A DNA stretch of 64,000 nt from an uncultured Candidatus Actinomarina sp. (GCA_902622665.1 CACNQV010000005.1:990-64989); one strand, 5' to 3'; counted from the stretch's first letter, positions 1 through 11,480 are shown. The notes: generated by a model not told the origin, from the letters alone. Program-made: numbers and translations.

Positions 1-8
1 AGAGGATA

Positions 9-923
9 TTGACAATGTTTAAAAGATTATTCTTAGGCACTACTCAAATTGATTTTAAAAATATAGGTCCTAGATTTTATAGAGTATTTATTATTGAAGC
101 AATAATTTTTGGAGCGATACTAATAGGATCAATTGCTGGTTTATTTACATTAAATTTGTCAGTTGACTTTACTGGTGGAACAACATATCAATTAGATACT
201 GAATATTCTGAGAATGACATTGCAGATGTTTTAGGCAATTCTATATTAGAAGTATCTCGATATCAAACATTTGAAAATTCTAATACAATAATATTTAGAG
301 CGGTTGAGTCATCACAAGAAGATGAGACAGAATTTTTAAATTACTTAGGAAATAAATTTAATGTCCCAACAGGCAATATAGATTTCCAAAGAGTTGGTCC
401 AACTTTTGGACAAGATATTACGGAGAAAGGAATAAGAGCTTTAGTTATATTCTTAACAATAATTGCATTACTAATTTCTTTAAGATATGAGTATAGATAT
501 TCTTTAATTGCATTGGTTGCATTACTTCATGACTTGTTGTTAACTTTTTCTATATATATTCTGATTGGACTCGAGATTACACCTTCAACCGTTATTGCAC
601 TTTTAACAATTCTTGGGTATTCCCTTTACGACACAGTTATATTGTTTGATAAATTAAAAGACTCACAAAAAGCTCTTAAATTGAGTAGCTTAAATAGAGA
701 AGTTCTCAACAAAACATTCAATGAAGTTTTAATGAGGAGTATTAATACATCGCTAACTTCTGCTATACCAATAATTTCAATTATTGTTATAGGTAATTAT
801 TTAGGCATTGAGGGAAATCTTGCTGATTTTGCAATACCTCTGTTAATTGGTATAGTTTCAGGAACTTATAGTTCAATATTTGTAACAGTCCCATTTTTAT
901 CAAAAATAATTAAAACAAATTAA
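9..923 (+). CDS. secF: protein-export membrane protein SecF
   Basis: 304-aa ORF with TTG start. It has an N-terminal TM helix, a periplasmic loop and a C-terminal cluster of TM helices typical of SecF. It lies directly upstream of rel, as in actinobacterial secD-secF-relA blocks. Confidence 0.85.
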   Translation: MTMFKRLFLGTTQIDFKNIGPRFYRVFIIEAIIFGAILIGSIAGLFTLNLSVDFTGGTTYQLDTEYSENDIADVLGNSILEVSRYQTFENSNTIIFRAVESSQEDETEFLNYLGNKFNVPTGNIDFQRVGPTFGQDITEKGIRALVIFLTIIALLISLRYEYRYSLIALVALLHDLLLTFSIYILIGLEITPSTVIALLTILGYSLYDTVILFDKLKDSQKALKLSSLNREVLNKTFNEVLMRSINTSLTSAIPIISIIVIGNYLGIEGNLADFAIPLLIGIVSGTYSSIFVTVPFLSKIIKTN

Positions 924-941
924 ATTTAGTACCATTAACAT

Positions 942-3107
942 ATGGCAACTATAAGCCCATCAAAAGAAGTAAATAAATTGTACGACAAATTATTAGGGTA
1001 CTTTAACCCTAAAGATCAGGCATATATCAATAGAGCGTTCCAGTATGCTTTCGAAGGGCATAATGGACAAAATAGAAAATCTGGCGAACCATATATAACA
1101 CACCCATTACATGTAGCTATCTATTTGTGTGAATTGAACTTCGATAAGGAGACAATTGCTGCTGCATTACTTCATGATTTAATTGAAGATACTGAAATAT
1201 CATATAACGATATAAAAAAAGAATTTGGCGAAGAAGTTGCTGATATCGTCGATGGAGTTACGAAGTTAGATAAAATTAAGTACAGCACTAATGAAGAAGC
1301 AAAAGCGGATGCTATAAGAAAAATGGTAATCGCAATGTCTAAAGATATTAGAGTATTAATTCTTAAGTTAGCTGACAGATTACACAATATTCAAACAATA
1401 GAATATCACCAAGATTGGAAACAAGAAAAAATCGCTAATGAAACACTATATGTTTATGCACCATTAGCTCACAGATTAGGATTTCAGTCAATTAAGCATG
1501 TTCTTGAAGATAAATCATTTAAGATACTTCATGCAAATCAGGATAAAGAAATAAAAGATATGATTTCAGAAACTAATCCAGACCGTGATTCACAGATTGG
1601 AAAAGCTATTGAAATCATCAAAACTCTTTTGAGTGACAATTCTATGTCTGCAGAAGTGTATGGAAGACCAAAACATAATTATTCAATATATAAAAAAATA
1701 GTTAATCAAGGACTTACTTTTAACGAAATTAATGATCTTATCGGAATAAGAATAGTGACAGATGATGTTAAAAACTGTTATACAATACTTGGTCTAATTC
1801 ATGCTAATTTTCAACCTGTACTTGGTAGATTTAAAGATTTTATTTCAATGCCAAAATTTAATCTCTATCAAAGCTTACACACAACAGTTTTAACTAGTGA
1901 CGGTACAAAGATGGAGATACAAATAAGAACACATGACATGCACTATAGAGCAGAATATGGTGTAGCCGCTCATTGGAAATATAAAGAAAAGCCATCAAAT
2001 GATCTTACATCTTGGACTAATGAGTTATCAGAAATTTCAAATGAATATCCAGATCCAAATGAATTCTTGCAACACATGAAACTTGATCTGTATGAAAATG
2101 AGGTATTTTGCTTAACACCAGAGGGAGATGTCATTGCCTTACCTCAAGGATCAACGCCAGTAGATTTCGCTTTTGCAATTCATACTCAAGTGGGTGAAAA
2201 ATTAATAGGAGCAAAAGTAAATGGAAAATTAGTAAATTTAAGCAATCTTTTAAAATCTGGAGACACAATTGAAATACTAACTAGTAAAGATAAAGACAAA
2301 GGCCCAAGTAGGGATTGGTTAAATATTGTAAAGACTTCAAGAGCTAGGTCAAAAATTAAGCAATGGTATCAAAAACAAATGAAAAATGAAGATATTCAAA
2401 AAGGTAAGACTACATTGAATTCTTGGTTAGATGAAAATCCTGAAATATTAGAAACTACTTCGAAAGATCAATTAATGGATGAACTATTAAGAGATTTAAA
2501 ATTACCCAATTTAGAAACACTATATCAAAATCTTGGAAATGGTAATACAGGAATTAATTCAATAAGTAATAGGATTAATAAAATTGTATTTCCCGGTGAA
2601 ATATCCGTAGATGAAGATCTTTATTCTCCTGAAATTAAAGAAGATTCAAAATCAGATTTAGTAATCGTTGAAGGATATGATGACATAAAAGTCCGAATGG
2701 GTAAGTGTTGTGTACCCGTACCAGGCGATGACATACTTGGCTTTGTAACTATTTCTAATGGTATAGCAATACATAGATCTGATTGTTTAAATGTACAAAT
2801 AGACTCTACAAAAGGTGAACGTATAATTGATGTAAGTTGGGGATACACGGGAAATACAGGAATTGTAGTATGGTTAGAAATTGAAGCTATTGATAGACCT
2901 TATTTACTTAGAGATGCAACAATAGCTATTTCTGACAATGGTGGAAATATTTTGGTAGCTAAATCTGTAACAAGTAGTAAGCGAATTGTTAATCTAATAT
3001 TTCAAGTTGAAATAAGTGACAACGATCAATTAGACGCGATTATAAATGATGCTAAGAATATTGAAAATGTTTTTGATGCTTCACGCATATACCCAGGCAG
3101 AAAATGA
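942..3107 (+). CDS. rel: bifunctional (p)ppGpp synthetase/hydrolase Rel
   Basis: HD hydrolase motifs are present (HPLHVAIYL, LLHDLIEDT). Synthetase motifs are present (RPKHNYSIYKKI, DLIGIRIV, YQSLHTTV, EIQIRTHDMH). A TGS region (GSTPVDFAFAIHT) and a C-terminal ACT-like region follow. Confidence 0.95.
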   Translation: MATISPSKEVNKLYDKLLGYFNPKDQAYINRAFQYAFEGHNGQNRKSGEPYITHPLHVAIYLCELNFDKETIAAALLHDLIEDTEISYNDIKKEFGEEVADIVDGVTKLDKIKYSTNEEAKADAIRKMVIAMSKDIRVLILKLADRLHNIQTIEYHQDWKQEKIANETLYVYAPLAHRLGFQSIKHVLEDKSFKILHANQDKEIKDMISETNPDRDSQIGKAIEIIKTLLSDNSMSAEVYGRPKHNYSIYKKIVNQGLTFNEINDLIGIRIVTDDVKNCYTILGLIHANFQPVLGRFKDFISMPKFNLYQSLHTTVLTSDGTKMEIQIRTHDMHYRAEYGVAAHWKYKEKPSNDLTSWTNELSEISNEYPDPNEFLQHMKLDLYENEVFCLTPEGDVIALPQGSTPVDFAFAIHTQVGEKLIGAKVNGKLVNLSNLLKSGDTIEILTSKDKDKGPSRDWLNIVKTSRARSKIKQWYQKQMKNEDIQKGKTTLNSWLDENPEILETTSKDQLMDELLRDLKLPNLETLYQNLGNGNTGINSISNRINKIVFPGEISVDEDLYSPEIKEDSKSDLVIVEGYDDIKVRMGKCCVPVPGDDILGFVTISNGIAIHRSDCLNVQIDSTKGERIIDVSWGYTGNTGIVVWLEIEAIDRPYLLRDATIAISDNGGNILVAKSVTSSKRIVNLIFQVEISDNDQLDAIINDAKNIENVFDASRIYPGRK

Positions 3108-3730
3108 GTGCTGTAATATATACATTTACAAGCTTCACAACATCAAATTCATATATACTAAAGCCATTTAATGATGAAAAATGTTTTATAGTAGATCTTC
3201 CACCAGATTTAGATAGTGTAATTGAATTTATAAACAACAAAAATCTTACTGTTGCCGGTGCACTAATAACACACGGACATTATGATCACTCACTAGGTCT
3301 ATCAAGCTTCGAAGGTAGAGCATATATTAATTTAGATGATGAATTTTTAGCTAGAAATCCACAAGAGCAAATTAGATCATTACTAGGAAGTTCATTTGAA
3401 GTAGGAGAGTACACAGGCGATTTATTTTCAATTTCTGAACTGCCAAGTGAAATTGTAAAAGTTCATAACAATCCTGGCCATACTAAAGGTAGTGTTTCGT
3501 ATGAGTTCCCTGACGAAGGTCTTATATTTACAGGGGATTTTGTATTTAAAGATGGTATAGGTAGAACAGATCTATTTACAGGCTCTATGGATGAAATGAA
3601 GAATTCAATAAACAATATATTTCAAAATTTTAATGAAGAATATGATATTTTACCGGGTCATGGTCCTTCAGATAAGGTAAAAACGATAAAAGAAAATAAT
3701 GAATTTATTAAGATGTTAATAGATGATTGA
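3104..3730 (+). CDS. MBL-fold metallo-hydrolase (glyoxalase II-like)
   Basis: THGHYDHSLG (HxHxDH) metal-binding motif. ATGA overlap with rel. It sits between rel and hisS, as the mycobacterial glyoxalase II-like gene does. Confidence 0.8.
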   Translation: MSAVIYTFTSFTTSNSYILKPFNDEKCFIVDLPPDLDSVIEFINNKNLTVAGALITHGHYDHSLGLSSFEGRAYINLDDEFLARNPQEQIRSLLGSSFEVGEYTGDLFSISELPSEIVKVHNNPGHTKGSVSYEFPDEGLIFTGDFVFKDGIGRTDLFTGSMDEMKNSINNIFQNFNEEYDILPGHGPSDKVKTIKENNEFIKMLIDD

Positions 3731-4895
3731 ACAGGTAAAAGGTACAAGAAATATCGCAAATGAAGATTCTGCGAAGTACTTACATGTTAAAAATAGGTTT
3801 ATTAATATATTTTCTGATTACGGGTACAGATATATACAAACACCTTTACTTGAATATAAGGAATTATTCGATAAATCTATTGGAGAATCTTCCGAAATTG
3901 TCACAAAACAAATGTATGAACTTAAAGATAAAGGGGGTAGAGATTTAGTTTTAAGACCTGAAGGTACATCAAGTGTAGTAAGGTATCATGCTGAATTTAA
4001 TAAAGACAATACAAGTAAATATTCTTATTTTGGATCTATGTTTAGATATGAGAATCCTCAAAAGAATAGATATCGAGAATTCAATCAAGCTGGTGCTGAG
4101 ATAGTTGGATTAATTGATATTTATTCCGATTTTCAAATTATTAATGATTCGTTAAATTTTATTAGTAATTTATTACCCGGAACAACACTGAAAATCAATA
4201 CTATAGGAAGCATCGAAGATAGAGAAGCTTATGTAAAAGTACTATATGAATATTTTTCCAAAAATAAAGAAAAATTATCAAATGAGAGTTTAGAAAAAAT
4301 TGAAAACAATACATTGAGGATACTCGATTCCAATAACTCAGAGGATAGAGAAATTATAAGTAACGCACCTACAATTAACGAATATATAAACACTCATTCA
4401 AAAGAAAATTTTGGAAGTTTACTGAGATTACTTGATAATTCTCAAATAAATTATGAGATAGACTACTCACTAGTTAGAGGTTTAGATTACTACAATGATT
4501 TGACTTTTGAGTTTCACACAGAAGAAAGTGTAGTAGTTGGTGGGGGTGGTAGATATGATAATCTAGCCAAAATACTCTCCATTGGTGACTTTAACGGTGT
4601 AGGTGTTGCCTTTGGTGTAGAAAGGATAATGAATTTACTCTCAGAAATTAAAATATCATCTAAGTACTATCTGCTTGGCACAAATATTGATAATCTAACT
4701 AAATACTCAAAAATTTTGGATGAAAATAATATCAATTACAATAAACCATCTAGAGTTTCTAAAGAAAATTCACAATTTAAAGAAGCTAAAAAGTTAAATG
4801 CAGAATATTTAATAAATGCAGATGAAGATACAATTAAGAACTTAATAACAAACGAGACAGAAGCATTTGATATAGAGGTTATCCTTGAACATTAA
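3723..4895 (+). CDS. hisS: histidine--tRNA ligase
   Basis: Class II HisRS motifs LRPEGTSSVVRY, MFRYENPQKNRYREFNQAG and GGGGRYDNL. Confidence 0.9.
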   Translation: MIEQVKGTRNIANEDSAKYLHVKNRFINIFSDYGYRYIQTPLLEYKELFDKSIGESSEIVTKQMYELKDKGGRDLVLRPEGTSSVVRYHAEFNKDNTSKYSYFGSMFRYENPQKNRYREFNQAGAEIVGLIDIYSDFQIINDSLNFISNLLPGTTLKINTIGSIEDREAYVKVLYEYFSKNKEKLSNESLEKIENNTLRILDSNNSEDREIISNAPTINEYINTHSKENFGSLLRLLDNSQINYEIDYSLVRGLDYYNDLTFEFHTEESVVVGGGGRYDNLAKILSIGDFNGVGVAFGVERIMNLLSEIKISSKYYLLGTNIDNLTKYSKILDENNINYNKPSRVSKENSQFKEAKKLNAEYLINADEDTIKNLITNETEAFDIEVILEH

Positions 4896-6588
4896 AGACT
4901 TAGAAAATTTAAAAGACGGACAGCAAGTAATTGAACTTACCGGATGGGTTGATAATATACGAGACCATGGTGGTTTAACTTTTGTTGATTTACGAGATTT
5001 TACAGGTTTAATTCAACTAGTTTTTGATAAAAGTGGTGACGTAGATACAAAATTGAAAAATGAATTCTATATATCAATTAACGGTACATTCAAAAAAAGA
5101 GATGAAGCACTAATAAATGATAAAATTTTATTCGGCGATTATGAAATAGAAGTAACAGACTTAATAATTATTAATCAAAGTAAAACACTTCCATTTCAGA
5201 TTGAAGATTCAATAGAAACTGATGAAAATATACGTTTGAAATATAGGTATTTAGATTTAAGACGACAACCTATGAAAGTCAACATCATGACACGATCGAA
5301 TACGTTTAAAAGTATTAGATCCATAATGAATCAATTAAATATATTTGAAATAGATACACCAACTCTTATTAAATCAACACCAGAAGGTGCAAAGGATTTC
5401 CTAGTACCATCGCGTAAATCTCCAAGTAATTTTTATGCTCTTCCACAATCGCCACAAATGTATAAACAGTTATTTATGATGTCAGGTTTTCCTAATTATT
5501 ATCAAATAGCTAAGTGTTACAGAGATGAAGATTCTAGAAAAGATAGACAACCAGAGTTCACTCAATTAGATTTAGAATTTTCTGACGCTAGTCCAGAATT
5601 AGTAAAATCAAAAGTTGAAGAGATTGTAAAGTTTGTATTTAGTGATGCTTATGATTGCAAAATTAAAACACCATTTAATACATTAACTTATGAAGAAGCA
5701 ATTAATTTTTATGGTACTGATAAACCAGATTTGAGAATTGAAGAAAAAATATTTGATATCACAGATATTTTTACTGATACATCTATTAATTTCCTTAATG
5801 ACATTTTGTCCTCACAAGGATCTATTAAAGCCTTGCACACAAAAGAATTGCTGACTCGAAAACAAATAGACGATTTAGACACTGAAATTAAGGAACTAGG
5901 CTCTAATGGTTTAGGATGGTTTAAAATTGAAGATACCAATATCAGTGGCCCGTTAGCAAAATTATTAAATGATAATGAAAAATCAAAATTGCTTTCATAC
6001 GGATCAGGTACTTTATTATTTCAAGCAGGAATTATTAAAGAAATTGCAAACTTTTTAGATGTAATTAGAAGGACGCTATTTCAGCCCTTAAATAATGATG
6101 TTTATTCTTTCGTTTGGATTGAAGATTTTCCATTTTTCGAGGTCGAAGATGGTGAATTACAACCATCTCACCATCCTTTTACTTCGCCTAAAAGCAATGA
6201 AATATTCAAAGATGATCCAACTAATGCAACAGCACTTCATTATGACCTCGTATTAAATGGTGTAGAGCTTGGCTCTGGTTCTCAAAGAATTAATAATCCT
6301 GAAATTCAAACTTTAGTTCTTGAAAAGTGGGGTTTAAGTAAAGAAGAAATATCAGAAAGATTTGGATGGTTTATAGAGGCTCTATCATACGGAACACCTG
6401 TCCATGCTGGCTTCGCTATAGGTATAGATAGACTTATCGCTGAAGTATTAAATCAACCATCTATAAGAGACGTTATACCATTTCCTAAAACACAATCAGG
6501 GTTAGATCCTCTTACAAACGCTCCAGCTAATATTGAAGAAGAAGTTCTTGAAGAATATAATCTTAAATATATAAATAAAGATGAATAG
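4885..6588 (+). CDS. aspS: aspartate--tRNA ligase
   Basis: N-terminal OB fold, CYRDEDSRKDRQPEFTQLDLEF, GSGSQRINNPE and GFAIGIDRLI. TTG start overlaps the hisS end. Confidence 0.93.
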   Translation: MNIKDLENLKDGQQVIELTGWVDNIRDHGGLTFVDLRDFTGLIQLVFDKSGDVDTKLKNEFYISINGTFKKRDEALINDKILFGDYEIEVTDLIIINQSKTLPFQIEDSIETDENIRLKYRYLDLRRQPMKVNIMTRSNTFKSIRSIMNQLNIFEIDTPTLIKSTPEGAKDFLVPSRKSPSNFYALPQSPQMYKQLFMMSGFPNYYQIAKCYRDEDSRKDRQPEFTQLDLEFSDASPELVKSKVEEIVKFVFSDAYDCKIKTPFNTLTYEEAINFYGTDKPDLRIEEKIFDITDIFTDTSINFLNDILSSQGSIKALHTKELLTRKQIDDLDTEIKELGSNGLGWFKIEDTNISGPLAKLLNDNEKSKLLSYGSGTLLFQAGIIKEIANFLDVIRRTLFQPLNNDVYSFVWIEDFPFFEVEDGELQPSHHPFTSPKSNEIFKDDPTNATALHYDLVLNGVELGSGSQRINNPEIQTLVLEKWGLSKEEISERFGWFIEALSYGTPVHAGFAIGIDRLIAEVLNQPSIRDVIPFPKTQSGLDPLTNAPANIEEEVLEEYNLKYINKDE

Positions 6589-9103
6589 TAATAAAATACG
6601 AGAAAGCTTTTTAAGTTTTTTTGAATCAAAAGGTCACAACATAATTCCTTCATCTTCGCTGATTCCTCATGACAATTCACTTTTATTTACGGCTGCAGGA
6701 ATGGTTCCTTTAAAAGATTATTTTTTAGGTAATAAAAAAACAGACACTCCAAATATGGTCTCTTCACAAAAATGTATAAGAACTATTGATATAGATATCA
6801 TAGGAGAGACTGATAGGCATTTATCTTTTTTTGAAATGTTAGGGAACTTCAGTGTAGGTGAATATTTTAAAGAAGATGCAATTAAATATTCTTACGAATA
6901 CATAACAGAAGTTCTTAAAGTAGATAAAGATAAATTGTGGTTCACTGTTTATAAAGATGACGATGAAGCATACAATATCTGGAAAAATGTCATTGGTGTT
7001 CCAGAAAAACGTATCCAAAGAGGAAATGAGGATAATTTCTGGCATATGAACATACCTGGTCCTTGTGGTCCCTGTTCAGAAATATTCATTGATAGAGGTT
7101 CAAAATATGGCAAAGATGGCGGCCCAATTGGTGGTGGTGAAGATAGATTCATTGAAATTTGGAATTTGGTATTTATGGAATCTATTCAAGACCAACCATT
7201 TCAAGTCATTGATGAGCTACCCAAAAAGAATATAGATACCGGTATGGGACTTGAAAGAATTGCAATGATAATGCAAGACAAAGATAACTTATTTGATACT
7301 GATTTATTCAAACCATTACGTGATGCATTATTATCACAAATAACTGTAAACGATAATAAATATGAAAAAATAATTATTGATCATATTAAATCATCAACTT
7401 TCATGATCTCTGATGGTGTAGTACCAACTAATGAAGGAAGGGGTTATGTATTAAGAAGGTTAATAAGACGAGCTATTAGAGCTTACAATCAATTAAATTC
7501 ATCAAATACAAGCCTTACTTTCTTAGTAGAAATAGTTATTGATATGTATGCATCTTCATATCCAGAACTTCAAGACAATAAAGATAAAATTCTAAAGTTA
7601 TTTATAAAAGAAGAAGAGATATTTCAAAAAACACTAAATAAAGGACTACATGAAATTAACAATCTAATATCTTCCAATAAATCAATAACTCCTAAAGATG
7701 CTTTTTATCTATTTGAAACTTTTGGATTCCCATATGAACTGACTAAAGAAATATCTGCAGAAAATAAAATTGATATTAATGACGAAGACTTTAATAAGTT
7801 ATATGATGAGCACAAGGAGAAATCTAAAGCTGAAAAATCATTAGGTAATGAGAATATGGAAATAGAAGTTGAGTTGAATGAATTCGTTGGTTATGAGAAC
7901 ACAGAATCTAAATCAAAAATATTTCAAGTTGAAGCTTATGATGATAAATTTATAATTTTTACAGAAGAAAACCCATTTTATTTCGAAGCTGGGGGACAAA
8001 TATCAGACAAAGGTGTAATAACAATAGATGATACTTCTATTGAAGTAATAGATGTATTTCAAGCAAGCAATGGCGCAACTGGTTTAATCGTTGATTCTGA
8101 TATTTTCAAAGTGGATCAAGAAGTTGAGCTATCTGTTAACAAAAGTTTTAGATCTGGTGTTTCTAAAAGTCATACAGGAGCACATATAGTCCATTCAGCA
8201 TTGCGTAATATTCTTGGAGACCACGTTGCTCAAGCTGGCTCGAATGTTACACCTGGTAAATTTAGATTTGATTTCAGCCATACCGAAAAGGTTTCTCAGG
8301 AGGAGTTAGATGAAATATTTGCATTATCTAATAGTGCAGTATTTGAGGATTATGAAGTTAATACCAATATTATGAATATTGATGAAGCTAAAAATGAAGG
8401 TGCGTTAGCTTTTTTTGGTGACAAATACGAAGATGATGTTCGAGTTGTAAATATTGGAGATTTTTCAAAAGAATTATGTGGTGGAACACATGTTCATAAT
8501 TCACATGATGTTGGACTTATTGTACTATTACAGGAATCTTCTATAGGTTCAAACCTTAGAAGGGTAGAGATGCTCTCAGGTAAACTAGCTTATGAATTTT
8601 TATCTAATGCTTACAAGTCATATAAATCTGTATCGAATATTTTAAAGGTAAGTGTTGACGATGTTCAAAATAAGCTTCAATCACAATTAGAAACTTTGGA
8701 AACTTATGAAGAAAAATTCAAAAAAGTTAGAGAACAAGAAATATCAAATCTTGTTAGTAATATTGATGAACATATAGAAGAAATAAATAATTACAAAGTA
8801 TATATAAAAGAAGTGTCTCTTGATAGCGCAAATGAACTTCGTAACTTAGCATTACAAATAGTCAATGAATCTAATGTTGATATAACTTTAATATATGCAT
8901 CTATCAATGGAAAAAATTCTATAGTAGGAGCAACAAAAAATAATGTGTCATTAAATATCTCAACTTTAGTTACAGAAGTATCAAAATTATACGGTGGTGG
9001 AGCATCCAAAGATCCAAATCTATCGATAGGTGGAGGTCCTAATAATTATAAAACATCTGATGCATTGAAATTGGCTAAAGAGCTAATTCTTAAAGACAAA
9101 TAA
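6581..9103 (+). CDS. alaS: alanine--tRNA ligase
   Basis: FTAAGMVPLKDYFLG, FFEMLGNFSVGEYFKEDAI, editing-domain HTGAHIVHSAL and CGGTHV. 840 aa. Confidence 0.95.
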   Translation: MNSNKIRESFLSFFESKGHNIIPSSSLIPHDNSLLFTAAGMVPLKDYFLGNKKTDTPNMVSSQKCIRTIDIDIIGETDRHLSFFEMLGNFSVGEYFKEDAIKYSYEYITEVLKVDKDKLWFTVYKDDDEAYNIWKNVIGVPEKRIQRGNEDNFWHMNIPGPCGPCSEIFIDRGSKYGKDGGPIGGGEDRFIEIWNLVFMESIQDQPFQVIDELPKKNIDTGMGLERIAMIMQDKDNLFDTDLFKPLRDALLSQITVNDNKYEKIIIDHIKSSTFMISDGVVPTNEGRGYVLRRLIRRAIRAYNQLNSSNTSLTFLVEIVIDMYASSYPELQDNKDKILKLFIKEEEIFQKTLNKGLHEINNLISSNKSITPKDAFYLFETFGFPYELTKEISAENKIDINDEDFNKLYDEHKEKSKAEKSLGNENMEIEVELNEFVGYENTESKSKIFQVEAYDDKFIIFTEENPFYFEAGGQISDKGVITIDDTSIEVIDVFQASNGATGLIVDSDIFKVDQEVELSVNKSFRSGVSKSHTGAHIVHSALRNILGDHVAQAGSNVTPGKFRFDFSHTEKVSQEELDEIFALSNSAVFEDYEVNTNIMNIDEAKNEGALAFFGDKYEDDVRVVNIGDFSKELCGGTHVHNSHDVGLIVLLQESSIGSNLRRVEMLSGKLAYEFLSNAYKSYKSVSNILKVSVDDVQNKLQSQLETLETYEEKFKKVREQEISNLVSNIDEHIEEINNYKVYIKEVSLDSANELRNLALQIVNESNVDITLIYASINGKNSIVGATKNNVSLNISTLVTEVSKLYGGGASKDPNLSIGGGPNNYKTSDALKLAKELILKDK

Positions 9104-9105
9104 CT

Positions 9106-9483
9106 TTGAACAATATTTTATCAATCGATTTTGGGGAAAGATATCTTGGAATTGCTGTAAGAACTGAGAAAACTAGGATACCAATACCCATAAATGTAGT
9201 TGATTCAAAAAATGATGAACCAATATCAGTCGTTAAGAAGTATGTTAATGAGTATCAAATTCAAATAATTGTTGTTGGATATCCTATAGGTTTAAATAAT
9301 TCCGAAAATCGTATGACAAACTTAGTTGATCAGTTTATTGACGAGTTAGATACATTAAATTTAGAGGTTCATAAAATAGACGAAAGATTATCTTCAAAAC
9401 TTTTTAATAACAATAAAAGTGACAGAATTGATGATCTTTCAGCATTAGAAATATTGGAAAGCTTTTTGTCTCAAAATGAGTAA
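9106..9483 (+). CDS. ruvX: putative pre-16S rRNA nuclease / Holliday junction resolvase-like RuvX (YqgF)
   Basis: 125 aa. N-terminal ILSIDFGERYLGIAV motif. alaS-ruvX-mltG synteny. Confidence 0.8.
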   Translation: MNNILSIDFGERYLGIAVRTEKTRIPIPINVVDSKNDEPISVVKKYVNEYQIQIIVVGYPIGLNNSENRMTNLVDQFIDELDTLNLEVHKIDERLSSKLFNNNKSDRIDDLSALEILESFLSQNE

Positions 9484-10546
9484 ATTTTATTTAAAAAATC
9501 GTGTATACATTCAATTATTTGTCACATTAATTTCAATATTTACTTTTTACAACATTGTTACGAGTTCTGCTGATTCTATTGAAAGCAATGATAATAATAA
9601 TCCTAATTTAGAAACAAATGTAGAGATTATTACTGTAAATATACCTCAAGGATCTGCAGCTGCTGAAATTTCGAGTATTCTTGATGCAACTGGAGTGATT
9701 TCATCAAAATTAGCTTTTGAATTATATCTAAGAAATGAAAATTTAACTGATAAACTACGTGCTGGCACTTACGAACTCCCTAATAATTTATCTTTTGAGG
9801 ATTTAACAGCGTTATTGTTAAAAGGTCCTCCTTTAAAAACATACACAATAACTATCCCAGAAGGTTTATGGATTTCTGAAACATTAGAGACTTTATCTGC
9901 ACAAACAGGTTACGAAGTTATTCAGCTTGAAAACTCATTAACCTCTGGTCAGGTTGTAAGTAAACATTTAACAGAGCAACAATCTCAAGTATTGCAAAAT
10001 TGGGAAGGATTACTTTTTCCAAACACATATCAAATTAATATAGAAGCTAATGGGGAAGATATTCTTCAAATTTTAGTAGATGAACTAGAAGCTAGGTACG
10101 ATTCTTTACTATCAACAAATTCCTTGCCAGAATGGATTAATAATACAAATGAGTTTTTTACGATTGCAAGTCTTATAGAAGCTGAAGCAAAATTAGAAGA
10201 AGATAGGCCATTAGTTTCATCTGTGATAAAAAACAGGCTTGAAGAAGAAATGTTATTGCAAATTGACGCTGCAGTTCTATATGCACTGCAAAAAAGGAAA
10301 TCTCAAGTTTTGCTGATAGATTTACAAGTAGATAGTCCTTACAACATATATAAATATACGGGTTTACCACCAACACCAATATCTGGATTTGGGGAAAGGG
10401 CTATGCAAGCAATTTTCAACACACCAGAAAATGATTTTATATACTATCTATTAACAGATGTAAACGGAAAAATGACTTTTACAAACAATTATGAAGAATT
10501 CATAAACTTAAAAAATAAAGCAAAAGAAGAAGGTGTAATTCCATAA
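9476..10546 (+). CDS. mltG: endolytic murein transglycosylase MltG (YceG family)
   Basis: N-terminal TM helix. YceG motifs IASLIEAEA and DSPYNIYKYTGLPPTPI. Confidence 0.85.
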   Translation: MSKFYLKNRVYIQLFVTLISIFTFYNIVTSSADSIESNDNNNPNLETNVEIITVNIPQGSAAAEISSILDATGVISSKLAFELYLRNENLTDKLRAGTYELPNNLSFEDLTALLLKGPPLKTYTITIPEGLWISETLETLSAQTGYEVIQLENSLTSGQVVSKHLTEQQSQVLQNWEGLLFPNTYQINIEANGEDILQILVDELEARYDSLLSTNSLPEWINNTNEFFTIASLIEAEAKLEEDRPLVSSVIKNRLEEEMLLQIDAAVLYALQKRKSQVLLIDLQVDSPYNIYKYTGLPPTPISGFGERAMQAIFNTPENDFIYYLLTDVNGKMTFTNNYEEFINLKNKAKEEGVIP

Positions 10547-11103
10547 TGGTATCTACAAATGATATGAGGCCTGGTCAATCAATCATCGTTGATAATACCC
10601 TGTATCAAATACTTGAATATCAACATGTAAAACCTGGAAAAGGAAAAGCATTTGTTAAAACAAAACTTAAAAATTTATCAAATGGAGGAAACATAGAAAA
10701 GACTTTCAGAGCAGATGAAGATATACAGCAAGCATTCATAGACAAACAATCATTTCAATTCCTATACAACGACGCAGATGAATATTATTTCATGAATAAT
10801 GAATCATTTGAACAAATTTCAATAGACAAATCTGTTCTTGATGGACAAGAAATTCTTTTAAAACCTAATGAAGAAGTAACTATCGCAATGCATGAAAATA
10901 ATCCAATAGATATTATTCTCCCTACAACAGTAACCTTACAAGTTACAAAATCTGAACCTGCAGTAAAAGGTGACTCAGTCAACTCATCTACAAAAGAAGT
11001 AACATGTGAAACTGGATTTACATTGCAGGTACCTATGTTCATAGAAGAAAATGAATATATAAAAATTGATACTAAAACACAAACTTATATAACACGAGCA
11101 TGA
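10546..11103 (+). CDS. efp: elongation factor P
   Basis: 185 aa. KPGKGKAFVKTKLKNL loop. Canonical length. Confidence 0.95.
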   Translation: MVSTNDMRPGQSIIVDNTLYQILEYQHVKPGKGKAFVKTKLKNLSNGGNIEKTFRADEDIQQAFIDKQSFQFLYNDADEYYFMNNESFEQISIDKSVLDGQEILLKPNEEVTIAMHENNPIDIILPTTVTLQVTKSEPAVKGDSVNSSTKEVTCETGFTLQVPMFIEENEYIKIDTKTQTYITRA

Positions 11104-11480
11104 AAAATGATTTTAGACACTATTGTCTCGTTTCATTATTTTCCCTTGATGAAATTGCTACTGTAAAATTAATTGATAATGACCTGTCTGATAATCAAGT
11201 TTTGAGAGCAGAGCAATTATTAAAAAATACAATAGATAATTTTGATACAATATTAAATCTTTTAGAAGAAAATTCTCTTAATTGGAACGTTGAAAGGATT
11301 GGAAAAGCCGAAAAAACATCACTTATTCTGGGTATATCTGAATTAATGTTGAATCTAACTCCTTTTAAAGTAATAGTTGCAGAATGGACTAAATTAACAG
11401 ATAAACATGCTTCATCGGACGGTGCAAAGTTTGTTAATGCTATCCTTGATAATATAAGTAAAAATCATGAATTTACATAA
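11100..11480 (+). CDS. nusB: transcription antitermination factor NusB
   Basis: 126 aa. C-terminal AKFVNAILDNI motif. efp-nusB synteny. Confidence 0.8.
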   Translation: MKNDFRHYCLVSLFSLDEIATVKLIDNDLSDNQVLRAEQLLKNTIDNFDTILNLLEENSLNWNVERIGKAEKTSLILGISELMLNLTPFKVIVAEWTKLTDKHASSDGAKFVNAILDNISKNHEFT